From contig CAWCRS010000005.1 of NCBI GenBank assembly GCA_963798085.1, forward strand, positions 576,001-640,000: a stretch of DNA of 64,000 nucleotides, in the 5' to 3' direction. The notes beneath the pieces are model-generated. The model saw only the letters and a program-made list of their open reading frames with translations. It made no database searches and was not told the DNA's origin. The translations under genes were made by a program, and so were the position numbers. The stretch comes from an uncultured Gemmatimonadales bacterium (GTDB taxonomy: Bacteria; Gemmatimonadota; Gemmatimonadetes; Longimicrobiales; RSA9). Below are positions 29,734 through 40,130 of the stretch, piece after piece (positions within the stretch are counted from its first letter, which is position 1; each line of letters begins with the position of its first letter).

Positions 29734-30636
29734 TCACGAGCCCGAACCCTTCTCCACGGGGAGGTCCTTGCGTCGCACCCATTCCGTGAATGACCCGTCG
29801 TAGAGCAGTACCGGCTGCCCGATCATGCGCGCCGCGAACACCACCGCTGTCGCCTGCTGACCGACGTGGCAGTAGGCCACGACGGTGTCACCCGGTGCAA
29901 TGCCCTGCTGGTTGAACAGCGCGCGCAACTGGCTGTTATCCAGCATGCGCAGCGATTCGTCATTCATGGTGTTGAAGGGCATGCTCTTCGCGCCCGGTAT
30001 GTGCCCGTCCTTGCCGTTGTAGAAGTTCGGCGTGCGGGCGTCGACGATCGCGTAACCCTTCTGCCCCAGTCTCGCCTTCACCCAGTCGACCGTGACGACC
30101 ACGCGCTTCGTGGGCCGAGCCGTGGAATGACCGGGTTTCGGCTGCGTCTTCTCCGTCGTGACCGGATGGCCGGCGGCCTGCCACGCACCCATGCCGCCGT
30201 CGAGCAGTGCCACGTGGTCGCCGAGTCCCGCGTAATCGAGTGTCAGGATGACGCGCGTGCTCGGTGACACCCAGTCCTTGCCCCAGTACACGACGATGCG
30301 CGAGTCATCCGAGATGCCCAGCTTCTCGAGCGACTGGCGCAGCGTGCTGATCTCGGGCAGCTCGAGGATCAGGCCTTCGTCCATGTTCGCCGGGCGAGGC
30401 GCCGATATGTCCTCCAGCGTCACGAACTGCGCCCCCGCAATGTGTCCGGCGTCGAACTCGGCCGGGTCTCCGACATGCAGCAGCACCAGATGTGGATCGT
30501 TCTGCAGCCCGGCCAGCTGGTCGACTGTGATGAGCATACGCTCGCGCGCGCTCTGGCCGTGTGCGGTACCGGGAATGATGGCGCACCAGACAGCCAGTGC
30601 GGCCAGCCCCGCATTTCCTGCGATTCTCACGAACAC
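29734..30636 (-). CDS. Exported tandem-domain rhodanese/sulfurtransferase (SseA-like)
   Basis: Signal peptide; GHIAGA, LDGG, DAR, GHIPGA, active-site YCHVGQQAT, LYDGSFTEW. Confidence 0.9.
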   Translation of the reverse strand: MFVRIAGNAGLAALAVWCAIIPGTAHGQSARERMLITVDQLAGLQNDPHLVLLHVGDPAEFDAGHIAGAQFVTLEDISAPRPANMDEGLILELPEISTLRQSLEKLGISDDSRIVVYWGKDWVSPSTRVILTLDYAGLGDHVALLDGGMGAWQAAGHPVTTEKTQPKPGHSTARPTKRVVVTVDWVKARLGQKGYAIVDARTPNFYNGKDGHIPGAKSMPFNTMNDESLRMLDNSQLRALFNQQGIAPGDTVVAYCHVGQQATAVVFAARMIGQPVLLYDGSFTEWVRRKDLPVEKGSGS

Positions 30637-30825
30637 GCCTGCCTCCCTGCCCGGGACATCGCCATCCGCCATTCGACGGAGGCTGCTCGCTGAAAGGTAT
30701 GCCGCCGGCCTGCTCAGCGGTGGCGTGGTGTTGCCAGTGTTGTGAGGGATGTGTGAAGGCAGAAAACAGTCGAGGCCCGCCCTTCCGGGCGAGCCTCGTC
30801 CATTGCACGAGCGGGGTCGCGTGCG

Positions 30826-31215
30826 TCAGCTGATGGTCCAGGAACTCAGGTTCAGATCGTTCTCCACCGTGAGCGAGACAGTCCCGCCCGGCGACACCAT
30901 CAGGTTGCCGGTCGCGAACGTGAAGCGCGAGCCGATGGGATCGATCACGATCTTGAAATCACCCGACGTGGGGTCCACACCCGCCGGCGTCGTCAGCGAC
31001 TGCGTACGGCCGGTGTTCACTTCGCCCAGGCGCTGCGACACGCCGTGCGCGATCGCGTATACCACGACCGTGTTCCAGTTGTTGTTCTGCACCTCGACCG
31101 TGACCGGTGTGGTCATCGGCACGGGCGCTTCCGGCTGGCGATTGCGGGCGCAACCCGCGAAAACCATCGCGGCGAGGGCCAGCACACCGCTGGTACTCAG
31201 CATCCTGTTTCTCAT
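30826..31215 (-). CDS. Small beta-rich lipoprotein
   Basis: GAGGAGG RBS; lipobox FAGC; VEVQNNNW beta-sandwich-like body. Confidence 0.75.
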   Translation of the reverse strand: MRNRMLSTSGVLALAAMVFAGCARNRQPEAPVPMTTPVTVEVQNNNWNTVVVYAIAHGVSQRLGEVNTGRTQSLTTPAGVDPTSGDFKIVIDPIGSRFTFATGNLMVSPGGTVSLTVENDLNLSSWTIS

Positions 31216-31484
31216 CTATTCCTCCTCCACCCTGCGCGCTCCGGTCCACCTTCCTGGCGGATTTCCCGCGCGCTACCGTGTGCACGGGTCTCAGGTGCAA
31301 GCACCAGGCCGCGCGCAGGAACGGATGGAGGGAGGCGAGCATACGGTCCAACGCATTGTCGCACAATAATATGGCGGAAGCATGTGCGGCCGCCGGGCAC
31401 GGCTGGCGGGCGACGGTGTCCGCTATAGTGAGCGCGAGCCGTACCCTGCGGATCACACTCGGTTTGCGGAGCACACCCTCGGCG

Positions 31485-31925
31485 TCAGCCGCAGAGCACC
31501 GTTTGTTTGCGCCACGGAGCGTGGAAGGACCCGGTGATGCGGCCGGCCAGGAACTGCAGGTCGATGCGCCCCTCGACCAGCGCATTCTGATCGTAGCGAT
31601 CGATGCGCACGAAACCCGCAGTCGCGCTATCGCAGTCGCCGTTCTCGCTGCAGCGTATGGCACTGCCCCAGGACTGGGCCTGCGAAACCGTGAAGCGTGC
31701 ACCGGCCAGCGGGTCCAGCTGGCGCCAGATGCTCACGACGAGCGTGGGCTGCCGCGCGGCATTGTCGGCCGATGCGCTCATGCGCACCTCAATGGCGGCG
31801 CCATCCCATGGCGCGCAACTCGCGACGGAATACGCAATCGGGAATCCATCGGGTGGTGCGACATCCGATTCCGTGCAGGCCAGGGCCAGCATGGCCGCGG
31901 CGCCGATTCGAAAAAGACGGGTCAA
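31485..31925 (-). CDS. Hypothetical lipoprotein
   Basis: GGAGG RBS before TTG 31925; lipobox ALAC; CAPWDG motif; ends in LCG. Confidence 0.65.
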   Translation of the reverse strand: MTRLFRIGAAAMLALACTESDVAPPDGFPIAYSVASCAPWDGAAIEVRMSASADNAARQPTLVVSIWRQLDPLAGARFTVSQAQSWGSAIRCSENGDCDSATAGFVRIDRYDQNALVEGRIDLQFLAGRITGSFHAPWRKQTVLCG

Positions 31926-32012
31926 CCAGGCCTCCCGGTATGCTCGCGTCGGTGACTCCTCCCTGATGACGCGCCAGACGGGGCTTTCTGCACAGGCGAG
32001 CCGGGGAGCCGC

Positions 32013-32041
32013 AAAAAGGGACGCCCCTTCAGGGCGTCCCT
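32013..32041 (-). terminator. Rho-independent terminator
   Basis: Minus strand agggacgccc-tgaag-gggcgtccct running into a T-tract, just downstream of the PadR stop. Confidence 0.8.
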
Positions 32042-32079
32042 CGTGCATGCATTCCGCGACGGTCTCGAGGCTGGGCGTG

Positions 32080-32532
32080 TCAGTGACGCCGGCCGCGCGC
32101 GAGCAATCCCTTGGTCCGCGAAAGCGCGGCCAGATCGGCGACGCGTCGCGCCTCGACCCGCGCGACCGCCCGCCCGAAGGACGTGAGACGGTAATAGCGG
32201 CGTCGCTCATCCGGTTTGTTGGGCCCCCGCTCCGATTCTTCGATCAGTCCGTCGTCGACCATGCGGCGGATGGCCGTGTAGAGTGTGCCCGTCCGCAGGC
32301 GAACGGCGCCGTGCGTGGCCTGCTCCACGGACAGAATGATGCCGTAGCCGTGCAGCTCCTGATCCACCAGCGCAAGCAGGATGTGGAACACCGGCTCGGT
32401 CAGTGGTAACAGTGCGTTAGGTTCCGGCGCTCGGCGCGTGCGCGTGCTCTGCTGATGAACCGGATGGCGACCCGTCTCCTTGCCGTTGCGTGCGCGGCGG
32501 GCAATGCTGTCTGCTTCTATCGCGGTTTTCAT
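32080..32532 (-). CDS. PadR-family regulator
   Basis: FHILLAL, HGYGI, GTLYTAIRRM, RRRYYRLT; start uncertain. Confidence 0.88.
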   Translation of the reverse strand: MKTAIEADSIARRARNGKETGRHPVHQQSTRTRRAPEPNALLPLTEPVFHILLALVDQELHGYGIILSVEQATHGAVRLRTGTLYTAIRRMVDDGLIEESERGPNKPDERRRYYRLTSFGRAVARVEARRVADLAALSRTKGLLARGRRH

Positions 32533-32576
32533 TCCCTCGTAATTCTCGCTCCGTTGGCTGCGGCGGGCCTCGTCTG

Positions 32577-34373
32577 CTACGCGTCGTGGACGCGATGGAA
32601 GAGATCGACCACGCGTGGATCGAAGTGTGTGCCTGCCAGTGATTCGATGTGGTCGCGGGCATGATCGCGCGACCAGGCCTGCCGGTAGGGACGGTCGGAA
32701 CGCAGCGCATCCCAGACATCGGCAACCGCGAAAATGCGCGCCGCCAGCGGGATCTGATCGCCGCGCAGGCCACGCGGATAGCCGCTGCCATCCCACTTCT
32801 CGTGATGGCAGTATGGAATCTCCAGTGCCGGCCCGAGATAGGCGATGGGCGAGAGCAGCTCGTAGGCCAGCGCCGGATGACGGCGCATCACCGTCCATTC
32901 CTCATCGTTGAGCGGGCCCGGCTTTAACAGAATGTTATCCGGTATCCCCATCTTGCCGATGTCGTGCAGCATGGCGCCCCGGCGGATGTGCTGCAGGTTC
33001 TCCGCATTGACGCCGCCCATGGCCTCGGCCAGGCGCATGGTCAACTCGGTGACGCGCCGCGTGTGCCCTTCCGTTTCCCGGTCGCGCAGGTCCAGTGCCC
33101 GCGACCAGCCCTCCAGCGTGCTGTCATAGGCGAGCAGCAGGCCGAGATTGGCGCGCTGCAGCTCGTCGAACAGCAGGGAGCTGTCGATAGCGATCGCGGT
33201 CTGACCAGCCAGCGCTTCGGCGCACTCGAACCACTCCGCATCCGTGTCCAGCACGTCGCGATGGAACACCTCGAGCACGCCCTTGACCTGGCCCTTGGCA
33301 ATCAGCGGCAAGCCGTGGTAGGCGACGAACTGCTCCGCTTCGAGCAATGCCGCGCGCTGCGTTTCCAGGATCGGCTCGCGCAGATTCGGCACGCTGATGA
33401 CCCGGCGCTCGCTGGCGGCGCGGCCTGGCTTGCCTTCGCCCAGGCGCTGCCGCGTCTGCTCGATCAGACCACTGCGGAAACCTCGCCCGGCGGCAAACGT
33501 CAGCGACTGCGAGCGAGGCTCCAGCAGCAGTACCGTGGCGGCATCGACACCCAGCTGCCGCGACACTTCCTCGAGAATCACGCCCAGCGTCACACGCAGG
33601 TCCGTGCTTCCCGCAATGGCGATGTCAATGTTGCGCAGTGCCTGCGTCAGACTCAGCCGGCGCTCGGCCCTGGCGAGCAGCCATGAGTTCGCCACGGCCT
33701 GCGTCGTCTGGTCGGCGATGCCGTACAGCACCTGGATCTGCTCGCTCGTGAATTCGCGCGGTTCGTCCAGCATCATCACCGCCATCATGCCGATCGTCCC
33801 GGTCCGGCTGCACAACCGCACGAGCACGAGGCTGCGCACGCCCAGTGCGCTGTAGACCTCACAATGGGGCACTTCGCTGGTGGCGACTTCGGGGACCGCA
33901 ATGACACGCTCATGGCGGAACAGGCTTTCGATTCGAGTACGCGACGTTGCCGGCCAGTGCTGGCGCACCGCCTCCGGCAGACCGTGCATGGCGGCCAGCG
34001 TCAGCCGGTTCCGGCCCGAATCCTCCAGGAAGATCGCGGCCGCACAGTTCACGGCGGCTGCGGTCTCCTCCACGGCGGCGGTCAGGATGGTCGCGAGATC
34101 CGCGGTGCCCGCCAGCCTCGACGCCACCCGCAGAAGCGGCCGGGCCGAGTCCGAACCCGCAGTCCGCGCCGCCGGGATGGTCTCTGCAGACGCGTGTTTC
34201 CGGACCGGGCGCAACAGCACCCAGGCCGTACCGCCGGTCAGGACGCTGGCAAGAAAGGCATACGCGAAGCTAATGGCGAGTCCCCGGCCCGGTAGCCAGC
34301 CAGTCTCTCGCGCCACCTCGAACGCCGCCAGCAGCGCGGCCGCCACCAATGCCACGGCCAGCAGGCGAGCCAT
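32577..34373 (-). CDS. Membrane-anchored GAF-GAF HD-GYP phosphodiesterase
   Basis: Two N-terminal TMs, two GAF domains, LHDIGK, HHEKWDGSGYP, DVWDAL..RPYR. Confidence 0.93.
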   Translation of the reverse strand: MARLLAVALVAAALLAAFEVARETGWLPGRGLAISFAYAFLASVLTGGTAWVLLRPVRKHASAETIPAARTAGSDSARPLLRVASRLAGTADLATILTAAVEETAAAVNCAAAIFLEDSGRNRLTLAAMHGLPEAVRQHWPATSRTRIESLFRHERVIAVPEVATSEVPHCEVYSALGVRSLVLVRLCSRTGTIGMMAVMMLDEPREFTSEQIQVLYGIADQTTQAVANSWLLARAERRLSLTQALRNIDIAIAGSTDLRVTLGVILEEVSRQLGVDAATVLLLEPRSQSLTFAAGRGFRSGLIEQTRQRLGEGKPGRAASERRVISVPNLREPILETQRAALLEAEQFVAYHGLPLIAKGQVKGVLEVFHRDVLDTDAEWFECAEALAGQTAIAIDSSLLFDELQRANLGLLLAYDSTLEGWSRALDLRDRETEGHTRRVTELTMRLAEAMGGVNAENLQHIRRGAMLHDIGKMGIPDNILLKPGPLNDEEWTVMRRHPALAYELLSPIAYLGPALEIPYCHHEKWDGSGYPRGLRGDQIPLAARIFAVADVWDALRSDRPYRQAWSRDHARDHIESLAGTHFDPRVVDLFHRVHDA

Positions 34374-34979
34374 ATCCGGCTCGGGCTGCTCCGCCGTCCC
34401 ACGGGTTGGCGTCACACCCAACCTGGCGAATGGGCTACTGGTCCACGCGGGCGAGCGCGACCACCCTGCATCGGCCCGCACCGGTGCCACCCCTCCCGCC
34501 GCAAGACTGGAGAGTTCGCGCCGACCATTCCCGGTGCCTTCTTCTCTTGTCGACTTCATTCTCCGCACGCCCGGCGATCCGACCGCGGCCGTGGTGCCGC
34601 GCGAGGCATGGAACCCCTGCCATCCCCTCCGTCCCCGCGCATCCGCACGCTCGGCCGTCCTGTCACCGGCCGGGGCGACTGTCAGCCAGACCCCCAGCTC
34701 GCCGGCGCCTCACGTGTGCATGGCTCAGGAACGTACCCAGCTTGTCCCGGCTGCACATGGGCAATCATCACCTATCTTCCGGCGACATAAATGGCGCCGG
34801 CGCCGCTGCGCCGGAAACCCGCGACAGCGCGCGAAGCTCGCGGAAACGCAAACGGGCGACGAAGGTGAACCACCCCTCGTCGCCCGGCTGTTTCGTGCGC
34901 CACCTGTGCCGCGCCCAGCCGACCTGCCGGATCCGCTGCGGCTGCGGCTGCGAACTTCCGCGTCAGCGCTGCGGTTCGG

Positions 34980-35492
34980 TCAGAACCACGGCTCATCCGC
35001 GGAAGGACCGTAGATCGATGGCACCTTGCCGCCCGACATGCGCAGGTACACCGAGAACTGGCCGCGGTGATGAATCATGTCGTGCATGATGAACCACAGG
35101 AACTGCATCTTCGGTATGTCACCCATGGTCTTCGGAGCCACGAAGAACCGTACGCTCGTGTTAGCCAGTTCCTCCTCGGGAGTCTGCTCCACGAGCTCGC
35201 GCAACCGGGTTGCGCCCTGCTCGAAGGCGCCGATCACTTCGGGCATGGTGGCCGGCACCGGCGGCAGGTCCATGGGCATCTTCAGCTCGTTGCGCAGCAC
35301 CAGCATCGCCAGCCCCGGCTCGACCGCGAACATGTACGCCAGCTCCCGTGCCGTTCTGGCCCGCTCGTGCGGCCGCAGCTCGCTGTGCTCTGCGGGGTAC
35401 GCCTTCAGCACCTTCAGCGTGGTCGCAAATTCACGATCCAGCGCATCGAGGTACTGCTGCTTCATGGTCGGAATCGTGGCGGTACTCGACAT
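34980..35492 (-). CDS. DinB family protein
   Basis: HDMIHHRGQFSVYLR...VPSIYGPSADE. Confidence 0.9.
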   Translation of the reverse strand: MSSTATIPTMKQQYLDALDREFATTLKVLKAYPAEHSELRPHERARTARELAYMFAVEPGLAMLVLRNELKMPMDLPPVPATMPEVIGAFEQGATRLRELVEQTPEEELANTSVRFFVAPKTMGDIPKMQFLWFIMHDMIHHRGQFSVYLRMSGGKVPSIYGPSADEPWF

Positions 35493-35546
35493 GCGACATC
35501 CTCCTCGTTGTGGTCCTTTCCTGCGGCCGTCACCCCATCGGGGCGG

Positions 35547-35990
35547 TCACAAACACGCTGTCAGCTTGTCCAGCGTCGACTCCCAGCCCTGCTCGTGGCC
35601 GGTCTGCTGCACGCCGTTCTGAAAACCCTCGTGCGTCAGCAGCAGCTCGGTCTCCCCCTCATGCTCGCTCAGTTCCACGGTGACCAGCGTCTCGCGCTCC
35701 ACTGGCTCATGCTCCCATTGCCAGGTGAAGACGATGCGTGCGGGCGGCTCGATTTCGCGATACTCGCCGTGCAGCCGGTATTCCGTGCCGTCGGGCGCCT
35801 GCATGTGAATGCGATACCCGCCGCCCACGCGCAGATCCACCTGCGCAAGTGTCACACGGGCGGGTCCGGGCGCCTTCCACTGTCTCAGCTGTTCCGCTTC
35901 CGTCCAGGCCCGGAAGACTTTTTCGCGCGTCGCCTTGAAGCGCCGCCGGATGCGGAGCGCGACCCGCTCGTCCTGCCTTCCTTCCGCCAT
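35547..35990 (-). CDS. SRPBCC/AHSA1 domain protein
   Basis: KVFRAWT, DLRVGGGY, GEYREIEPPARIVFTW, HEQGW. Confidence 0.92.
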   Translation of the reverse strand: MAEGRQDERVALRIRRRFKATREKVFRAWTEAEQLRQWKAPGPARVTLAQVDLRVGGGYRIHMQAPDGTEYRLHGEYREIEPPARIVFTWQWEHEPVERETLVTVELSEHEGETELLLTHEGFQNGVQQTGHEQGWESTLDKLTACL

Positions 35991-36328
35991 TTCTGCGCCT
36001 CCGCCGCGTCCGCTTCCAGGAAATCCGACAGACGATCGAGACTCGCGTTCCAGAAGGACGCATACCGCGCCAGCCACTGCGCCGCTTCCTGCAGCGGCGT
36101 CGCCTCCAGCCGGCAGCGCCGCACCCGCCCTGCCCGCTGAATCCTCGCCAGACCGGCCCGCTCGAGCACGCGTACGTGCTTCGACACCGCCGGCAGTGTC
36201 ATCGAGAAACCGCCCGCGAGCTCGCTGATGCTGCGCTCGCCTGCGGTCAGCTGCTCGAGGATCGCGCGCCGCGTGGGGTCGGCCAGCGCGCGGAACGCAG
36301 CGTCCAGTTGCGGGCCAAAGTAAACCAT
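35885..36328 (-). CDS. ArsR/SmtB-family regulator
   Basis: FRALADPTRRAIL, PAVSKHVRVLERAGL; C-terminal tail overlaps the SRPBCC gene by 106 bp. Confidence 0.92.
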   Translation of the reverse strand: MVYFGPQLDAAFRALADPTRRAILEQLTAGERSISELAGGFSMTLPAVSKHVRVLERAGLARIQRAGRVRRCRLEATPLQEAAQWLARYASFWNASLDRLSDFLEADAAEAQKWRKEGRTSGSRSASGGASRRRAKKSSGPGRKRNS

Positions 36329-36364
36329 ATGGTTTACTATTCACCCGCAGAACCCGCCTGTCAA
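36319..36364 (-). promoter_or_regulatory. Sigma70 promoter plus perfect 20-bp operator palindrome over the ArsR start codon
   Basis: Minus strand TTGACA-17-AATAGT-7-ATG; palindrome AGTAAACCATATGGTTTACT at 36319-36338. Confidence 0.8.
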
Positions 36365-36382
36365 GCACCGCCCGCGTGGATT

Positions 36383-37357
36383 TCAGTCCGCGGCGCGCGG
36401 ACCGCCGCCGGCGGCCGCGTGGGCGGTGGCTTCCTTGGGGGCAGGATGGCGCAGCGAAGCGATCACGACGATGAGCAGAATGGAGCCGATGACGGCGAAG
36501 GAGAGACCGATCGGGATGTCGATGAAGCCGGAGAGCAGCATCTTGGCGCCGACGAAGGAAAGCACGGCAGCGAGTCCCGCTCGCAGGTAGCGAAGGCCGG
36601 CCACGGCGCGCGCCAGCACGAAGTAGAGCGCCCGCAGACCGAGCACGGCGCAGACGTTCGAGCTGTAGACGAGGAATGGATCGGTGGTGACACCGAAGGC
36701 GGCCGGAATGGAATCGAGAGCGAAGACCAGGTCTGTCGTCTCCACCAGAATCAGGACGACGAGGAGCTGTGTGGCGGCCCAGCCGGCGATGTTCTTCGTG
36801 TTGCTGCGCACGAAGAAGCGTCCGCCATGGTCGCCCGGCACCACGGGCAGCAGGCGCCTGGCCACGCGCAGCACAGGCAGGTCCGATGGATCCAGCAGCT
36901 CATCGTCCTTGGAGCGGAGCAGACGCAACCCGGCAAGGACGAGGAACGCGCCGAACGCGTAGATCATCCAGTGCAGGGTCTGGATCAGGTAAACACCCGC
37001 GCCGATGACGGTGCCGCGCAGGACGAGAGCACCGAGAACGCCCCAGAACAGGATCCGGTGCTGATACGCGCGGCGCACGGAGAACGCCGTGAAGATCAGG
37101 AAGAATACGAACAGGTTGTCGACGGAGAGCGCCTTCTCGATGAGATAGGCGGCCATGAACTCGAGGCCCGCCGTGGAACCGAGACGCTTGAAGATGACGA
37201 AGGCGAAGGCGAGGGAGACGAAGATCCAGAGGAGGCTCCAGCCGACCGCCTCCGCGAATGTGCTCTCCCGAGCGCGTCGGTGAAAGACACCCAGGTCGAG
37301 GAGCATCATGCCGGCCACGATGAGGCCGAACCCGACCCAGAGTGTCAGTCGATCCAT
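36383..37357 (-). CDS. TerC/Alx-family membrane protein
   Basis: YLIEKALSVDNLFVF, QHRILFWG, VETTDLVFALDSIPA, SNVCAVLGLRALYF. Confidence 0.93.
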   Translation of the reverse strand: MDRLTLWVGFGLIVAGMMLLDLGVFHRRARESTFAEAVGWSLLWIFVSLAFAFVIFKRLGSTAGLEFMAAYLIEKALSVDNLFVFFLIFTAFSVRRAYQHRILFWGVLGALVLRGTVIGAGVYLIQTLHWMIYAFGAFLVLAGLRLLRSKDDELLDPSDLPVLRVARRLLPVVPGDHGGRFFVRSNTKNIAGWAATQLLVVLILVETTDLVFALDSIPAAFGVTTDPFLVYSSNVCAVLGLRALYFVLARAVAGLRYLRAGLAAVLSFVGAKMLLSGFIDIPIGLSFAVIGSILLIVVIASLRHPAPKEATAHAAAGGGPRAAD

Positions 37358-37842
37358 CAGCGAATTCGATCCGGGCCGAACACGCGACGTGCGACATCAC
37401 GGTCCGCGCCGCCTCGGGCGTCGGATCGTGACCAGAGCAACGTCACTCGCGGCAGCTGCTTCATGCGGTCTCCGCTTCCCAGGGCACGCTCTCCGGGATC
37501 GCCGACCTTCTCGAACAGACGTAGTGGATCGCACGCTGCTGGCAGCGGCCCATCCACGGGGTCCCGCACCGGACTGCCCTGCGGGCGTGTCGAGCGCGGC
37601 GCGTCAGACGTCTGTGGCGTCGATACGATTCATGGCTGGCTGCACTGCGGGGTGACCCGTACGTGCACCCCCGTCGCGCGAACGACCGGGGCTGGAACGA
37701 CATCCGCCTGGGCAGAAAAGAGCAACCGAGCCTCGCTGTGCTCGGACACGGGATCACCTTCGAGACGCTGCGCAGCGCACGCCTTCCCAAGTTCGAACCG
37801 GAGGCGGATGGTGGCAAGTCCCCCGTGGCGGGGCGCCCGGAC

Positions 37843-39222
37843 TCAGCCGTACAGATCGGCGTGCCGGAAGTGGCGGCTCAGCCAGAGTCGCCAGCCTGCC
37901 TGCACGGCGAGCGTGATGAACAGCAGGATGCCGACAGCCAGCGCGGGTGTCACGGCCGGCGAATGTCCCGCGAGAACGCGCACGACATGGAAGGTGGCAC
38001 TCGTGGCAATCGCGAAGGCCAGCGCCGTGCCCCCCCATGTGAGCAGGACGTGGCCGGACTGATGTTCGACCCATCTGGGACCGCGGCGCACGCTGAAGGC
38101 CTGCAGGATCGGCGCCCACGCCAGCACGGCAAGGGGCATCAGCGCGAGCGCTCCCCGAGCCGGCAGATGACTCAGGCTGAAAGACACTTGCACGACATGC
38201 AACAGCAGCACCCCGGCGCCGAGCACCGCGGCCACCTGCAGGTTGTCGAGGAGGCTGGACGCCCACGTCACGCGAGCGCGGTCGCCGCGCGACAGCGGGT
38301 ACGGCACGGGCAGCAGCGGGCCGGGCGTGAGCGTGTGGGCCATGCCCGCGATGACGACCCAGACTTCGCCGCCACCCGACGTACCCATGAACAGGAGCAT
38401 CAGGCTGCCCACCGCGAGCATTAACGCGCGGTTAGTCCAGGCGCCGCCCCGCACACCCCCGAAGCGTTCCAGCCGCAGCGCATGCACCCAGGCCAGTGTG
38501 CCGGCCCCGGAACTGGAAGTCAGCCGGCGATACGGGGTCTGCTTCCCGTCCCTCGCCTCGGGAGCGCCATCCCCTGTCGACGCGAACCAGCCCCGCCATG
38601 GCGGCAGCAGCAGCCGCGTGCGCCGCGCGCCTCTGCCATAGCTGAGCGGGAGGAGCAGCAGTCCCACGGGCAGCGCCGCCAGGGCAGCCGTCTCATGACG
38701 CACTACCGCGGCCAGCAGATCATCGGCGCGCAGCCAGCCGGCAGCCCCCACCAGGGGTCCCACCCACAGAGCCCCGCGCGTCGCCACCCGATCGAAGAGC
38801 GAGAATGCCGCGCAGAAGACCAGAACGTCGAATGCCAGGATCGCTCCGGCCGGACCTGCGCCCGCGGTGGCGGCAACCGCCACCGCAGGCAGCGATGCGA
38901 GCAGCGCCAGACCGGTGAGTGACAGCGCATGGACCGTGTACATGCCCGGCAGCATCCAGCCGAACAGCTTCGATTCCACATTGCGAACAGCCAGACCTGT
39001 GAACAGCCCCGCCACCGCCGGGAGCACGAACAGCGCGTCCGCCAGCGCCTGCGCCGAACCCGGGTCCGCGCTTCCTGTTCGCAGCGCTGCGAGCACCGCC
39101 CGCGGCCCGCCCGCCACCAGCAGACCTGGCGCCAATGCGAACACGGCGATGAGCAGCGCCCATGCCAGCAGCACGGGCCGCCACAACAGCCGGCAGAACG
39201 CTGACCACGGCAGCCGGCTCAC
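37843..39222 (-). CDS. Polytopic membrane protein, probable ABC exporter permease
   Basis: About 12 hydrophobic segments; 4-bp overlap with the ABC ATPase. Confidence 0.7.
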   Translation of the reverse strand: MSRLPWSAFCRLLWRPVLLAWALLIAVFALAPGLLVAGGPRAVLAALRTGSADPGSAQALADALFVLPAVAGLFTGLAVRNVESKLFGWMLPGMYTVHALSLTGLALLASLPAVAVAATAGAGPAGAILAFDVLVFCAAFSLFDRVATRGALWVGPLVGAAGWLRADDLLAAVVRHETAALAALPVGLLLLPLSYGRGARRTRLLLPPWRGWFASTGDGAPEARDGKQTPYRRLTSSSGAGTLAWVHALRLERFGGVRGGAWTNRALMLAVGSLMLLFMGTSGGGEVWVVIAGMAHTLTPGPLLPVPYPLSRGDRARVTWASSLLDNLQVAAVLGAGVLLLHVVQVSFSLSHLPARGALALMPLAVLAWAPILQAFSVRRGPRWVEHQSGHVLLTWGGTALAFAIATSATFHVVRVLAGHSPAVTPALAVGILLFITLAVQAGWRLWLSRHFRHADLYG

Positions 39223-40130
39223 ACCGCACCCACAAGGTCGGGAAAGACGCGCTCCAGGTTCACGGCCCGCGTCTCGACGCCCGCGGCGTAGCGCACGCTG
39301 AACGCGCCGAGGTCGGGCGCCGCGTCGCGCACCAGGAGACGCGCGCGCTGACTCGTGACCTGCTGCGTCACCACGTACGCTTCATTGAAGCGAGCCGGCA
39401 GTGCTCCCGCCGGCGAGGTGACGACCCATTCCTCGTAGCGTTCGAGCAGCTCGTCCAGCGGCGCCCACGCGCAGAGGCGGCCGCGCTCCAGGCACACGAT
39501 GCGATCCACAATGGTCTCGATGTCGTGCAGCACGTGCGAAGAGATGACGACGGTAGTGCCTTCCTCGCGGATCAGCTCGAGCAGAAAACGCAGCATTTGG
39601 CTGCGCGCAATCGGATCGAGCGCGCTTATGGGCTCGTCCAGCAGCAGCAGTGCCGGGTGATGACACACCGCCGCAATGATCGCGAGCTTCTGGACATTGC
39701 CCGGCGACAGGGCCGCAACCCGCTGGCGCAGATCCAGCTCCAGCTCATCGACCAGACGCTCTTCCAGGTCAGCATCCCAGCGTTCGTAGAACGAAGCGAT
39801 GTAGCGCAGCTGTTGCTGCACCCGCATCCATTGCAGGAAGCGACCCTCCTGGTGCACGACACCGATGCGCGCCAGCTCCGCCGCGCCCAGATCTGCCGTC
39901 GCGCAACCGAACGTGCGGCACCAACCGGCGGTGGGCAGCTGCAGCCCGATCACGTGACGCAGCAGCGTCGTCTTGCCACTGCCGTTCTTTCCGATCAGCC
40001 CAACCACAGCGCCAGCCGGCAGTGCAAGGTCGACATCCACCAGCGCGTCCGTGCTGCCGAACCGCTTCGTCAGACCCCTCGCCTCGAACACGATTCCGCC
40101 TGCGCCAACCCCAACCGCCGATTGCATCAC
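39219..40130 (-). CDS. ABC transporter ATP-binding protein (YtrB-like)
   Basis: GKNGSGKTT, LSPG, LLLLDEP, SSH. Confidence 0.93.
   Translation of the reverse strand: MMQSAVGVGAGGIVFEARGLTKRFGSTDALVDVDLALPAGAVVGLIGKNGSGKTTLLRHVIGLQLPTAGWCRTFGCATADLGAAELARIGVVHQEGRFLQWMRVQQQLRYIASFYERWDADLEERLVDELELDLRQRVAALSPGNVQKLAIIAAVCHHPALLLLDEPISALDPIARSQMLRFLLELIREEGTTVVISSHVLHDIETIVDRIVCLERGRLCAWAPLDELLERYEEWVVTSPAGALPARFNEAYVVTQQVTSQRARLLVRDAAPDLGAFSVRYAAGVETRAVNLERVFPDLVGAV

Noticed and set aside
37358..37842. yybP-ykoY Mn riboswitch or leader ORF upstream of terC/alx
   Set aside because: I could not find the GGGGAGUA-type core by eye, and the 70-aa ORF has no recognisable features; an Infernal/Rfam scan would be decisive
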